Positions 1-13,494 of a DNA stretch of 64,000 bases are shown in pieces; positions within the stretch are counted from its first letter, which is position 1; the number at the start of each line of letters is the position of its first letter. A program made the translations under genes and the position numbers. The notes below the pieces were generated by a model that was not told the origin of the DNA, made no database searches, and was given only the letters and a program-made list of their open reading frames with translations. This DNA comes from Styela clava (taxonomy: Eukaryota), in the NCBI RefSeq assembly GCF_964204865.1, contig NC_135260.1, positions 6,820,001 to 6,884,000 of the forward strand, written 5' to 3'.

Positions 1-229
1 AAATTCAGTAGCTTTTCAAAAGACTATAAAATATGTTTTGATCCATATTTGTCTTTAGATTCAGATTACCATTGAATCATTATTGGAGAGACTCTGGACT
101 CTAGGTTTTTGTATTCAATGAAGTTGCTGGATTTGATTTTTAAAATATGAAATGTACGATATTGAGACATAAAACTACTGATATTTATAAGAAAAGCGGA
201 ATTTTGTATCTCTTGGTTTTTTTTTATAG

Positions 230-3200
230 AGTGTGTTGGTGACAATGAACGGTAGAGAGATGAATCAAGGAGTTGTATTCGCTAGAAATAAGGAATGGAA
301 AAGAATGCGGTGAGATATTTTAATATTTTTATGCAATTATTTTATGCTTTCATATTCATTCATTTTATTCCCAGAATAGATATAAAGCATAGTGTTCTTT
401 TATCTTCCCAAAACATTTTATTGTGTTCTTCTCAGTAGCCGATTTGTGAGATTGTCCCAAAATAGAAGTAGGAAATGTCCCGTTATTTGAGTGTAACAAA
501 ATTTCAAATCATAATTATTTGAAAAGTTTTATTCATTCTTGAAAGAGGAAAATTATTGTTTTATGCCCAAATAACACTGAAATCATGATATTAACATTGA
601 TAAATTGGTGGAGCTTAATAGTGTACTCATCGCAAAAACCTGTTGTTTCAGCTCGACATTAACTCCTTCATTTACCATGTCAAAGCTGAAACAGATGTTC
701 TCAATTGTTGAGAATTGTACAGGTCAAACTGTTGCAGTGTTAGAGGGGAAGTTAAAAGATGAAAGCGGAGAATTTATTGCAAGAAAGTAAGTGCAGAAGT
801 ATCCTATTTCATAAACTACCTTGACATTTGAATATATAAAAGTCTTGCTTTGTAATTGTTTGTTTCTGTTTTTCTTTATATGGCCATGGTTGCCTTGACA
901 TGTACCGTAATTTTAAAAAATGATCATAGGATATACAAAATTATCAAATTATTGGAAGTGTGATACTTATGGGATTGCAAAAGTTACAAATGTTAAATAA
1001 AAAACGATAGTTTGAATATTCTAAAGTTTTTAAACAGTTTGAATGAATAGCTGTCATTTTTTTTTCTTTGGAGCTTTTAAAAATTTCCACATTTTTAATT
1101 TTTTAGCAACCTCTTCAGAGGTTGGTAATCTGTACTAAAGAATTGAATCAAACCGATATATCATGAATTATCTAATTGGGAACAAATATAGTCTAAATAA
1201 TATTATTACATTCAGGTTATTTTCAAATTTATCGCTGGATATGATAGTTTCTGCTGCATTGGGAACGAGAGCACATATTCAATCTGTTGATGGGAAAGAT
1301 TCCCAACTGGTATTGGAAGTTCGAAAACTGTTCGCTACTGGATTTGCTGGTCCTACTGCATTCATGTGTTGTAAGTTCTAGGAATTTATAGGATTATTGG
1401 GTACTTCTGTAGTGTGTGTACCAGGTTAGGGTTAGGCCATAATTTTATTCCGTTTTTGCTTGTTTTAGTTCTATTACGAGCTCGGGGACTGTCTGTGTTA
1501 GCCAAGTGAATACATCCCTTGCCCATAGGTTCCAGTCCCTTTACACAACTTGATGTAAAATAGGCGAACAAAATTAGTTACCTCCATATTGATACACATA
1601 TTTCTGGAGTGCTGATTATTGGACTATTTAGACACACTGTCATTTCTCCTCAATTAAGAGATCAAAAATGAATATTTTACAAGTTTTACATCATTTTTTC
1701 AGTCATCTGTCCACCATTTGAAAGGATTTGCAATAAATTAGACATCAGTATATTCGATTACAAAGCATTACAATATATCAGTAATTTTACCAATGTCGTC
1801 ATTGAAAGAAGAAAAAGGGGACAGGTTAGTTTTCGGAAGTTTATCGTATGCTTTTAAACAAAGATGACGCTAAAAAAAATCTTTTTCAAGATCAAATAAA
1901 TTCATTTGGTAAATAAATTAAATTTATGTGTATTTATAAACTGAATATACAAAACTTAAATTTTTAATCTACCGATTTATTTTGCTGTGTTTGCTGTTAA
2001 CTCGGTATATTTGTATTTAAAGTTGACTGAAAAATTTTCCTTTATTTGATTATTATTTAATAATTTGTGTTCTATTGGACACTCCTTTATATCAGCATAT
2101 GCTGGCAATCAGGACTTCGGGTATTGAAAAGGAGGAGTTAAGTGTTTTATATTTAACCATGCTTGCCAACTCCAGATATGTGGTATGGAATTGTAGCTTG
2201 ATTTGCTAGGACAGAAACCTGAGATTTAAAGCTCACTGTTCTCACTCAAAAGTGGCAATCATCTACAATCTTCATCATTAATAATATATTTTCACATCAG
2301 GAAGAAGTTGCCAAAGATTTACTCCAACTTATGTTGGACGCTGAAGTCGCGGATGATAAAATTAATGAAGATTCAGAAAGAGGTAAAGATGAAGTTTTAT
2401 TTAAAGTTCTATTTCCCATATTTGTTGTATTTTTGATTAGCTTATTACTTTAAACTATGATTTGGACACTGGTCATGTCACAAGGTTTTGAATCTTGAGG
2501 TTTTTTTCATTCATGATTCACTCGGGTTTGGAGTTTGATATCGACCTATCTTGAGTTTATCATAGTGAATATTTTAAATTTTAGAAAATCTTTAATTGAC
2601 CAGTATCAGTTTAGTGAAATAAATCAAATTGGATTGAAAAAATTAATTATTGAGTCATAGGTTTATAGAATCATTTAAATGAAGTAAATGGAGAGCACAA
2701 ATTGATCTGATTTATTTATCTAATTGATTTATTTATTCTGTGGTTGGGTGATTTAACTTCCGTGCATTGTTTTGTTTGACTCATTACCCGGTGTCTTGAA
2801 ATCTGGTCTGTGGAGTCGGTGTTTGTACTTTTGAGTTTTTACTGGTCATGAGAACTAGAGTCATCCTTTTGTTTGCACATTTCAGTCAATCTGCAGGGTC
2901 AAAAAAATTTCAACAAACAATAATGAATGCAATTGCAAACCTTCTGTAAAATTTGGTTATACTGGAAAACAGCAGACTGTCAACTTTTTTGGAACTTTTA
3001 ATGACTTTAGCGTTCTTGTGACAGGTTTGAACCGGCAGGAATTGATTGGGAATGCAATGCTCATGATTGGAGCTGGGTTCGAGAATACAGCAAATACAAT
3101 GACTTTTCTTGCTTATAATCTTGCACTTCATCAAGATATCCAAGATAAACTTAGAAAAGAAATGGATGAAGCTTTTCAAGCAAAGGTAAGTTGAAACTAT

Positions 3201-6200
3201 GTGCTCACCAGGAGTGAGTGAGAGTAAAGTAAATTTTATTTGGCTAGCAAGCTATGTCTTGACTGAAAATTGTTGATCTTTATCTGGTACCTGCTTTAAT
3301 AGTTGCTTGTTCTTGTGTTTTTAGTTTCTAGTAGGTTTGGTTCCCACTTAACTTCCATGTGTTTCTCTCATTTTTACTAATTTTCTTGTAAAATATCTAT
3401 TATATATGAATTTTCATATAAAGGTTCTGCAACTCGCTTCTATAAATCAGATGTTTTTTGTGAAATTTTTTTCAACCTTTGACATCAATGTTATATCTTG
3501 TATTTTAGGGAGGATTCGACTATGAAAGTGTCAATAATATGAAATACCTCAGCATGTGTTTGAATGAATCATTGAGACTATATATGCCAATTGTAGTGTG
3601 AGTTTATTATATTTATTGACTATCTTCCATCTTGTCCATTAATATGTAGATGTTTTTTTGTCTTGTGTTGCTCGGTGGTGTTGCGCATCGTGCCAAGCGC
3701 TAGGAATACGCTCGCCACCGCACCCCTGATTTCCATGCTTGGGTTCGAATCCCATGCGAGGATAGTTATGCACAAGAGGATTGCTGGGTTCGCCACCGCC
3801 GTAGGGTGGTTCACATAACTGCTGGTCAGTTACGGCTTCCTCCACCATTGAGTCCATGCTTCTGAAAACAAATAACTGGCTAAATAATACCATACCCGAC
3901 ACGCACTTATTGGCTTTCCTTTCCCCAGGATATATATGTAAATCCTATCCTATCTACTGTGTGAAATTTATCAAATATAAAGAATAATTTTTTCGAATAT
4001 TTCGAATTACATGTCTTGGACCTCAGTAAATTGACAGTTTACTTGAACAAAAGTACAGTATTGTCCTGCTAATAAGTCTACCCTGCCATAAAAAATAAAA
4101 TAAGCATAGCCAGTAGCCACCCAATAAGACGGTCCCCCAAATTTGGTCCCAAAAGCGACTTAATAGTCTGGAAATACAGTATATAAGCTAGTTATTTAAG
4201 GTTGATTTAATAATGTATTTTACATTTTATTTATAGTAATTTTTGTTCTGTGTTTGCAGAAATTCCAGAGTCTGCAGAAAGGAAACCACTGTGAATGGTT
4301 TTACAATTCCTAAAGGTGTAACAGTGCAATTCCCTGTATTTGGTCTTGCTCATGATCCAGAGTTTTGGGACAAACCATGGGAGTTTATACCTGACAGGTA
4401 AACGATAAATATTGTGACATATCAGGTGTTGTGTTTCCGACTTTGAGGTCTCTGCGGTTGATTTATTGTGCCACCAATTATCATGTTTCCCAGAAAATAA
4501 GACAGGGTCATATTTAAATTATCTTTTGAAAATAACACTAGGGCTTATTTTGAGAGGATATCATTTTCTTTTCTTTTATCAAAAACAAAATTACAAGTAG
4601 AGAATTACCTGATTTTCAAATATACAAAATATGAAAACCGAGTGTATGAAACCGGTAAGTGTATGCAACATTTTTTTGGCGACATATCACTGATTACCCT
4701 GTATCGATTTGGTACACAGGTTCGAATCTTGTGAGGGACAGTTATATGCAAGAGGGTTTGCTGGACTATCTACTACTTTGTTATAACTTGCAACACCATC
4801 AAGTCTATGCATAAAAATCAAGTATCTAATTCACTATTCTCATACAAGGACCAGACGGGTAATCGGATGAGAGTCTGTGTTTGCCATAATACAATCAACT
4901 TTTCTGAATGATGAATATGAAAATCCGGCGCTCCAGAAGTATGTGCACCAAGATGGCACAAATACCATGTCCAGGTTGTGCGCCATCTTGGTGCACATAC
5001 TTCTGGAAGTCCGAAAATCCAATGATTGGTTTCCGAACAAAATTATTTTTTTATCGTATTTGTCTTGGAAGTTTTATTCTTTAAAAATCATTAATTTGAA
5101 TAAAAAGTGTCATGGAATTATTGTAGTAGATTTCAGATCAAATTAGTCTTCTAGTTCATCACAAGCTATGGTACTCAATTTAAACTTAGAAATATTATTT
5201 TTTAGAATGGAAGACATGTCACAAATTGATCCGATGGTGTTTCAACCATTTGGTGCGGGTCCTCGTAATTGCATTGGATTGAGATTTGCTGAGATGGAAA
5301 TCAAAATGGCTTTTTGTCAAATTTTACATAAATTCAAGATTATGCCTTCTGAAGACACACCTGTAAGTATAAACTTTTGTTTTTATTATCTGGATGAATT
5401 TGTTCTGTGACATTAGTATGGCCCGGTTTGAATTTGAAAAGGATTTAGTTGGGCTTGAGTGGTGTCTCGTCTTTCATTAAGAAACTGGGCGCGGCAGTGT
5501 GACTCATTGTGCTAGCGTTAGGAATACTCTCGCCACCGCACCTTTAATTACTCAAATCCGAAATGGTTATGGTTATGTGCGAGAGGATAGCTAGACTCAT
5601 CGTCGCCGTGGGGTGTTTTACGTAAACGCTGGTCGGTTACAGCTTCCTCCACCATCAAGTCCATGCTTCCCGAAAAACAAATAACCAACTAATCCCATAC
5701 CCGACATGGAATGGTAACCGAACGAGAGGCCGTGGTTCGCCATATGGTTAAGCTGTCTTACAGCTTTCCTCTCGTCGGGATAAATATGTAAATCCTATCC
5801 TAACTGCTCATTTAGATTAGTTTCCCAGTTTCATTTGTTCTGATGCATGGACATGAACTGCCATGCACCAACGAGAAGTTCAAAAATCATTTTACTTAAC
5901 CTGTGTCTCATCATACTCTGTGCAATCAGTAATTTGATGACTCATGCTTTCTATTCAAATCCTTTCTTTTGGTTTTGCCTTGAGGTATTCTAAATTACCC
6001 GATCATTGTGATGAATTATGTAAAATTCTAAATTTATTGGCACCCAGTGCAAATGTAAAATCCTCATTTGTAGTAAGTAAAATACAATACAAATATATCA
6101 TATTCTGATAGTTATGTAGTAATAGCAGTGTTGGGACGAGTCAAGTCTTCGATCACAATTTATCAAATACTCGAAGTGACTCTACTCAACTTACTGAAGA

Positions 6201-6626
6201 CGACTTGAACTCAGACTCATCTGATTGCCTGTGAGACTTTAACTCAGCGATTGACTTGGACTCACTAGTCGAGGTTTTCAGGACTTTGTAGGGTACTCCC
6301 GTAGTGTGTGCACCAGGTTGGGGTTAGGCCATAATTTTATTCCTGATTTTCCTTATTTAGTCCTATTAAGAGTTTGGGGACTGTCTATGTTAGCCAAGTG
6401 AATATATCCCCTGCCCATAGGTTTCCGTTTCTTTACACAACTTGATGTAAAGTAGGCGAACCAAATTAGTTACCTCCATATTGGTACACACACTTCTGGC
6501 GTGCCCGTTTAAAAGATCCATAACTATAATCTTTGTTAAATTTAGAAACCACCGCTGGAACTGACGTTTGCTTTGGGTGTTCGTCCTATCAAAGAATTCA
6601 AATTGAAAGTTGTTGCTAGAGATTAA
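230..6626 (+). CDS. Cytochrome P450, clan 3 (CYP3A-like); 5' exons lie upstream of the window
   Basis: Phase-consistent GT-AG exons 230-309, 652-786, 1216-1370, 1703-1824, 2301-2382, 3025-3185, 3509-3597, 4260-4397, 5206-5362, 6546-6626 (TAA). Motifs: C-helix WKRMRSTLTPSFTMSKLK, KDLLQLMLDA, I-helix AGFENT, K-helix ESLR, FIPDR (PERF-like), heme signature PFGAGPRNCIG. Confidence 0.93.
1400..1613. mobile_element. MITE, GG-terminus / 8-bp TSD family (Merlin-like), ~214-bp type
   Basis: Imperfect TIRs ggtacttctgtagtgtgtg / catatttctggagtgct; TSD GATTATTG (1392-1399, 1614-1621); many homologous copies in the window. Confidence 0.85.
3672..3953 (+). mobile_element. tRNA-derived SINE
   Basis: Pol III B-box GGTTCGAATCC near 3742, (ATCCT)n 3' tail, homologous to 5487-5801 and to fragments at ~4715-4880, 21659-21700 and 44270-44356. 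Confidence 0.8.
4927..5012. mobile_element. Short palindromic MITE (Merlin-like family)
   Basis: 86-bp hairpin ggcgctccagaagtatgtgcaccaagatggc...gccatcttggtgcacatacttctgg; perfect TSD GAAAATCC. Confidence 0.85.
5487..5801 (+). mobile_element. tRNA-derived SINE (second near-full copy)
   Basis: Homologous to 3672-3953; ends ...gggataaatatgtaaatcctatcct. Confidence 0.8.
6292..6505. mobile_element. MITE (Merlin-like family, ~214-bp type)
   Basis: Near-identical to 1400-1613; no clear TSD. Confidence 0.8.
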
Positions 6627-6705
6627 AAGTCAGCAAGTAATAGTTGACATGCGAAGATACTCTGCTGTCATTCTGAAAATAGTAATGGAAAGGGAAAGAA
6701 GGTTT

Positions 6706-6815
6706 GGACCTCCTGAAGTATGCACACCAAGATGACGCACAACCTAAACTCAAGTTGCGTGCCAGCTTAGGGTTCAGGTTGTGCGACATCTTGGTGCGCA
6801 TACTTCAGGACTACC
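6706..6815. mobile_element. Short palindromic MITE in the probable CYP 3' UTR
   Basis: 110-bp hairpin with TSD GAAGGTTT on both sides, 80 nt after the CYP stop codon. Confidence 0.85.
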
Positions 6816-9781
6816 GAAGGTTTATTTTAAATGTGTGCATATAGTTACGGTAGTTCTTACTATTGATTGTGTTCTTGAGTATTTTTTTTTATCTTATATT
6901 TTGCTATGTGTATTCTCACAAATAATACTGTCTGCACAAAGTTATTTTGAGATTATACTTAGCCTTTCAAAATCGAAATTTGATTAAATACAAAAAAAAT
7001 TATATTTTTCGAAATCAGAGGTAAATTAACAATTATAGAATCATCTGTGTGAAGTATAGACAATACATATAAATCAGTAAACCCGTTTCTCAGTATTTTC
7101 TGCCGTTTTTCATGTTCCAAATATTAGTATTCGAAAGAGTTATATTTTTTTCATCAGTTTACAAAGGATCGTTTACTGTCTATTAAATTGAAATTATCAT
7201 GTCTTTTACTTGTACATTTTATCATTTGCATGCTGCTAATTTTTTGAAAACCACAATATGAACGCAACACTTCCTTAAATGAGGTCAAAAATGTTATAAT
7301 TTAGTCGACCTTTTTGACTTATAACTTGTGGGTGTATTTTTCACTAAATGTTGAAAACAATTTATGCATTTCATTCGTAGATGTACTATATCCTCATGTC
7401 TGTTTATTGTTCGTTTCCCTTTCTTTCTTGTTTAAACTTTTAAATCGGACATTGCATCTAATGTTTTATTCATTACTCCACGAAGTTTATAATCCTGGCT
7501 TTGTGGTTTAGTGATTGTATTTAAAATGAAATGAATCGGGGTACAAGCTTAGGGTGATCTACGAAGACTAGTTAGGGGAGGCTTTGTGTTGTCTGTATTA
7601 GTAGGAAAAGTCATGGCGCAATCGCCCGAACTTTTTTGCGACGTGAAATTAGATTTTTATGTTGTGTCGAAAGCAGGAAAGCCGATCTAAAAACGCAACT
7701 AAATCTATCTTTTTATTATTGTTGTCAGATAAGGTAATGTGTTTTGAAGATAATATAATTTCTTTTGAACTGATGGTACCAGAGGTAACACACAGGACGA
7801 TATTCAGCAAAATTGGCAAATCTTCAAATGCGTTTTAGTTTCCGTTCTTTCCGAATAAGAAAGTGACATTGCAATTCTGAGACAAAACAGGCAATATTAA
7901 ATTTGTACTTGGGTATTCTCACATCACATGTTCTAACAACGCATAATTATGGGATTTTGAAGTGAAGTTTTTTGTATTATATTTCATTGCAGGAGAGTAA
8001 TTGTCTCTATGATAGGCACTTGCGCTTGTCTTTTTTATTTTTGGATCTGTCCACGTAATGACCGTTTATTGTTCTGAAAACACGATAAACATCCGGCAAT
8101 GTGATCGAGTAATGAGGCGAAACCCCTGTCCCTGAAGCGATAAATAATTCAAGACTTGAGAATTTAGAAATAAAAAGTTGTACGTTTCCAGACATGGGCG
8201 ATTGGTCGAACATGTTCGAAATGTGTTCTCCGTATTTTGATTGAAAAATGTTTTAGCTCTGACAACGTTTTAAACTCTGGTTTTGGGACGTTATCGCTTG
8301 GATTATAACTTGAGTAAAGGAGATAAAGTTCGGTGAGATAATAGACTGTACAAAGGGCTTTCACGAGGAAGTAATTTTGTGTAATCTGACTTTCAGGAGG
8401 TTGTAATTTTGAGATACTTTCGTTATGAAGGAATGGACTTCCATGTGAATATGACTTGAGCAGCATCTATTAACAGTATAAATTCTAATTTTCACAAATT
8501 ATAAATGTTGTCGCTTGCTACTAAACCCTGTTTCCAGTCATTGAATGATTCATGAAAAACGTCGTTTTTGCAAATTAAATTCTTATTAAAATAAGCTCCA
8601 AAAATACCACTCCCAGAAATATATTTGCGCAAAAGTCTGTTCTTGGAAGACTGCGTGAAATCATTATGGCAACAATTCGCTCTCTCAGAACTGCATTCTC
8701 GCGTGCAGACCCAGGAAGTTTCATGCTCTCATGGGATATCGATTTGATTCCATGAACCTCTATGACCGAAGTTGAACGCTCCCGGTCATCGCATAATTTT
8801 GAATTTTTTATTTTATTTATTGCATCGAGAAAATTGTGGTTCGTGTTACTGTGTAATAGAATTACGAACCGAAAGGCCAAGAAACGGGAAAAATTTAAGA
8901 TATATAATACTTGTTTTATTCTACATATACATCCACTTGCGTCGGTAGATTCGTATGAAGCAAGGATGCTGTAGCAAGAATATAGATGACTATATTGTGT
9001 CATTCAAGAAATTTCCCTTTACCAATCAAGGCAGGGCACTTCCAAGCGATCCTATTGAATCTGTGTCAAGAAAAGCAATAGCGTACATATAGATAGAACC
9101 TAAATAAATGATTGATTGAATGGACAGTGGTTATCAAAAATGGGTTCGTTCCCAATAGAACTAAATAAAATCATGTACAAATAATGGGGAATTGAAAAAG
9201 CAAAATAAACAAATGTATGACGAAACTCCAAACATTGCTTGTGAAATTCATGCTAAGGTCAAGGCTACAATTTCGGGTAACTGTATAATTTAACGCCGTC
9301 AACACTTTTCTTGTCATATTTGAAAATTGCTTGTCAGAATTCTAGCATCGGTCAAAGAGACGGTACACAGGAATAAGTTTTTGTTAGTGTGAAGCGAGAC
9401 TCTTGAATTGCATTATTTAGTATAGTTGCTGAATTCATTGTTCCGAATTCAGAGCTAACTTGTTCCAAGTTCGCGCTCGTGCGCTGCGTGGCATGCATAG
9501 GGATTTCTTTGTATTCAACCTCTGGGAATACCGTTTCTGAGTTCTGAAATTGCCAAAATGTGGTTTTCAACGAGAAATGCTGGAAGGTCAAGTGCCGATC
9601 GAAATGAGTAAGTTAGAAAAGGTATTTTATTATTCTATGTTTGTTTATTTTAAACTAAATTGACTTAAAAATTCTATTCTCGTGGGCTCGTTTAAAACGA
9701 TTTTTTGAATTTAATTCGCATTACTTTTTTTCTGACTGCGCATAATGTACATTTGCCAATAGGACTTATTGACATTATATG

Positions 9782-10175
9782 TAGGGCTGGGCATTTTCGA
9801 ATATCTGATGATTTCAGAATCGAATCGAATAATTTTTTCGAATCGAATCTCGAATACTTTGGAGATATAAAATTGTATGTAACTCTTTTATTGTGTTAGG
9901 TCCTCCAGACACATAAATTACTGAAAACATAGAATACATCACTCAGGCAGATTGCTGAGCGTTCACACACAATAAAAACACGTTTTCCTCAATAACTCAC
10001 AACAGAAAAGAGTCATATGTCACAATTGCGTTGAAAAAATATGGCTTCAAGAAAGAAAATGAGAAATTTAGCTCGACCATTGGCGGGAAGAAAAAAAACA
10101 AGATGGCGGCAATTCGAAATTTTGCTCTGAACCGATGCGAATAATTTCATATTCGATTCGAAGTGCCCAGCCCTA
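9782..10175. mobile_element. hAT-type MITE
   Basis: TIR tagggctgggca...tgcccagcccta, perfect 8-bp TSD ATTATATG, subterminal (T)CGAAT repeats. Confidence 0.88.
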
Positions 10176-10278
10176 ATTATATGTTTGTATCTGTTTGCGT
10201 ATTGTGCCCAAAATATGATGTCTATATTGTTTTAAATGTGTAATCAATTAGGTTGTTATTGTTTTCATATAATCGAGG

Positions 10279-10492
10279 GGTACTCCCGTAGTATGTGAAC
10301 CAAGATGGCGGGCACCGGAACGTAGTGAGTGCATCAGATCAGGGTTAGGCCATAATTTCAAGTACTAATACTACGGGAGTCACTTGGCTAGTCCCCGAAC
10401 TTGTAATAGAACTAAAATTGGAATAAAATTATGGCCTAACCTGGTACACGTTCCGGTGTCCGCCATCTTGGTTCACATACTACGGGAGTATC
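10279..10492. mobile_element. MITE (Merlin-like family, long-TIR type)
   Basis: ~45-bp TIRs ggtactcccgtagtatgtgaaccaagatggcg...; TSD AATCGAGG/AATCGAAG. Confidence 0.85.
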
Positions 10493-10827
10493 AATCGAAG
10501 ACGTTCTTTGTATCATAAGTCTGCTTGTCAATTGCAGGTGTCATTGAAACGTTTGCAAATGTCATGAAATGCGATCATATTCTCGAAATTACGTATATGC
10601 AAATGTCATATAAATATTTATCATTCATTTAGGAAATAATGACCTTCATACGCTGTGATGATGACATATATATATGACAAACGCAGCTGAAATTCAATAC
10701 GACGTTGACAAAACAACAGCTTGTGATCGTTATTTAGTATTTATTCTATTTTAGTGTGGGCTGGTATAAAAGGTAGGCAGTGGTGAGTGTAGTAGTGGGT
10801 CTATTCTTGCGATAAATAGAAATTTTT

Positions 10828-11040
10828 GGCGCTATAGAAGTGTGTGTACCAATATGGAGGTAACTAATTTTGTTCGCCTACTTTACATCAAGTTGTGTAA
10901 AGGGACTGAAACCTATGGGCGGGGGTATATTAACTTGGCTTACACAGACAGTCCCCGAACTCGTAATAAAACTAAAATAGGGAAAATCGGAATAAAATTA
11001 TGACCTAACCCCAACCTGGTACACACACTACGGGAGTACC
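10828..11040. mobile_element. MITE (Merlin-like family, ~214-bp type, reverse orientation)
   Basis: Reverse complement of 6292-6505; flanked by GAAATTT on both sides. Confidence 0.82.
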
Positions 11041-12212
11041 GAAATTTAATGTGATTCTGATCCGGCGAAAGCACTGCGGCGTAATATTTCCTGTTCAAAA
11101 TAGCCTACTCAATATATCACAATTTATGATTCTGAATCCGAGGTATATCGACTTACTATACCAATACAAGTGAAACCTTTTATCTCTACAACAAAATCAA
11201 TAGTAATGAAATGAATACAAGCTACATCCTATGTATTTCGGATACGCATCGTAAACTTTGAGTTTAACTCGTTTTCATGCTATAAATAAAGCAAAGATTC
11301 AACGTGGTAAATTTAACAATTCCAGTTTTACTGAGACGAAATGATCTTTTATTCATGTATACCTAGAAGATAAATATCGGACCGTGATTTATGGTCGGGT
11401 TCTGCCTTCAGGTTGTGTCCAACAAACAGAAATTTTGTTCAAGAATATTTGTATCGAATTTACGTAATATATACACGTTCCTAGAAATGAGTAGAGCTAT
11501 TAATCAATCGATTAGATTTTTTCATAGTTTGGTAAATTAAAGCTAATTTACATCTTTATTCTCTATCTTTGAGGCCACGTACGAATATGTACCGTATGTT
11601 AAATAATTTTGTTTAGGCGGCTTAGGTGATCGAAAAATTATGATAATTCCTACGCATACGATCCTATAATAATTGAACCAAATACGGCAATCTATAGTTA
11701 TCGGTATCTAACACGAAGTTTTTTTTATGAAACGTATAATCAGTGATTCCCAATATTTTTGGTTAAATGACTCCCTTGGCCTAATTGGGAACTTCTTATT
11801 CCTGCGTCACTATGCCTAACAAGTAATTTATTTATTTAATCTTTAATGGATCTTTAGTCAATGTTATTCGCAAGTCGCACTCTGACTTTTGTTCAACTTG
11901 CGCAAATTATAATGGGTGCATTAATGACTATTATAGTAATAATTAAGAACTAAGAAATATTATTAATACCACAGCAAATACAAAGCAAAATTACTCGCCG
12001 AGAATGAGAAAATTCTTTCCCGGTCAGGAAATGGGGGCATAATGTTTTCACAATAAAATGAAACTAATTCCCTGAAATATGAAATTTTGTTTCACTTCAC
12101 CAGATTCATGATAGTGAATTATGAAACGGAAAATTCGACAAGTGCAAGCTAAATTTAGTAAATGATTTACCATAATAATGCTCTCGTTTTCTAAATATAA
12201 TATAATATCGCC

Positions 12213-12490
12213 GGTACTCCCGTAGTATATGTACCAGGTTAGGGTTACGCCGCAATTTTATTTCGATTTTCCCTATTTTAGTTCTATTACGAGTTCGAGA
12301 ATCGCACAACCTGAATCCTAACCTATGGTACACAACCTGAATCCAGGTTGTGCGCCATCTTGGTGCGCATACTTCAGGAGGTCCGAATATATCCCCTGCT
12401 CATAGGTTTCAGTCCCTTTACACAACTTGATGTAAAGTAGGCTAACAAAATTAGTTACCTCCATATTGGTACATACACTTCTGGAGCGCC
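12213..12490. mobile_element. Composite MITE: ~214-bp type carrying a nested piece of the short palindromic type
   Basis: Outer TIRs with TSD ATATCGCC/AAATCGCC; internal ~12303-12385 matches the 6706-6815 element. Confidence 0.78.
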
Positions 12491-13128
12491 AAATCGCCAA
12501 CATTCTTGACTCTCGAACCATAATAACATTGGCTGAGGACACTCAAAGTTACCAGATACTATTGTAGATTTTGTTATAACTTATACCTCTTTCTAATTAA
12601 TTAGGATATCGTTTATTCCCAGGGTAGGGATAATCTACGATATGTATTCATAGCGTTTATATTTTCCAGTAACTACTATTTCATTCTCATGTGAGTTTTT
12701 TCGTGACAAATGAAATGATGACAATGAGAAAATTACATCGAGAGCATACTTAGTCAAATAAACTTCAAAAAGTAGGTATACAACCTTTCCAACGATGCGT
12801 ATTTTGATGGTTCGCTTCGAGTATTGTCTACAAACAGGAATTTAATATGAGATGTATAGTGCATGTATAGTCAGGAGTAGAGGTGGATATTTGGGCTTCA
12901 TTCTGTAGTAGCATAGTTCATTAAACCTCGACTTAGGTCAGTGGTTCCCAACTTTTTTGTTAAATTCCTCCGTTAGTCTATTTTGGAGCTCTGTAATCTA
13001 CGCATATAAACTACCTTTTATTCAATCTTCAGTGTTATGTGCAAGTCTCACTCTTGATTTTATGCAGTTTAAGAAGTTTATAATGTCAGAATGTGTGCAT
13101 AAATAGGTGATATTAGCTAAAGAATATT

Positions 13129-13494
13129 CAGGCTTGTCCATGGGAACGTGCCATGGGATGCACACATTCGTATTTCCCATAGGACACGAAATACCGTATG
13201 GTTTTGGGGGAAATGATGGAAAAACATTTCGTTATGAACTTCGTGTATATATTTGAGCATAGATCTCTTGTTAGTAGTCATAAAGAGCAAATTATATTCA
13301 GCATTAACAATATACTTCGTGGAGGGGCTGATGGACACATGTACAATAGAGTCGTTAAATTTTGTTGTTTTGCATGTCTCTTCGTACATGTAGTCCTCTT
13401 TAGTAGACGCTAAACCTAAATTTAACAATTTCTATTGAATTGTATTCCAATGGGATGGGATGGGACAGAAAAATATGTCCCATGGACAAGTCTG
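13129..13494. mobile_element. hAT-type MITE
   Basis: TIR caggcttgtccatggga/tcccatggacaagtctg, perfect TSD AGAATATT, subterminal ATGGG repeats. Confidence 0.88.

Noticed and set aside
1424-1437. TTAGGG telomeric motif
   Set aside because: Only about two units and always inside MITEs; not an interstitial telomere.
1386-1571. Recurrent short ORFs such as ...KIGIKLWPNPNLVH... (also at 12106, 31948, 36953, 37668)
   Set aside because: Incidental translations of the MITE family, not a protein family.
3672-3760. tRNA-like sequence with a B-box
   Set aside because: It is the head of a SINE with several copies; no intact cloverleaf.
8007-9591. Minus-strand ORFs of 68-142 aa in a slightly GC-richer region
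   Set aside because: No recognisable motif and no consistent in-frame exon chain; a non-coding transcript cannot be excluded.
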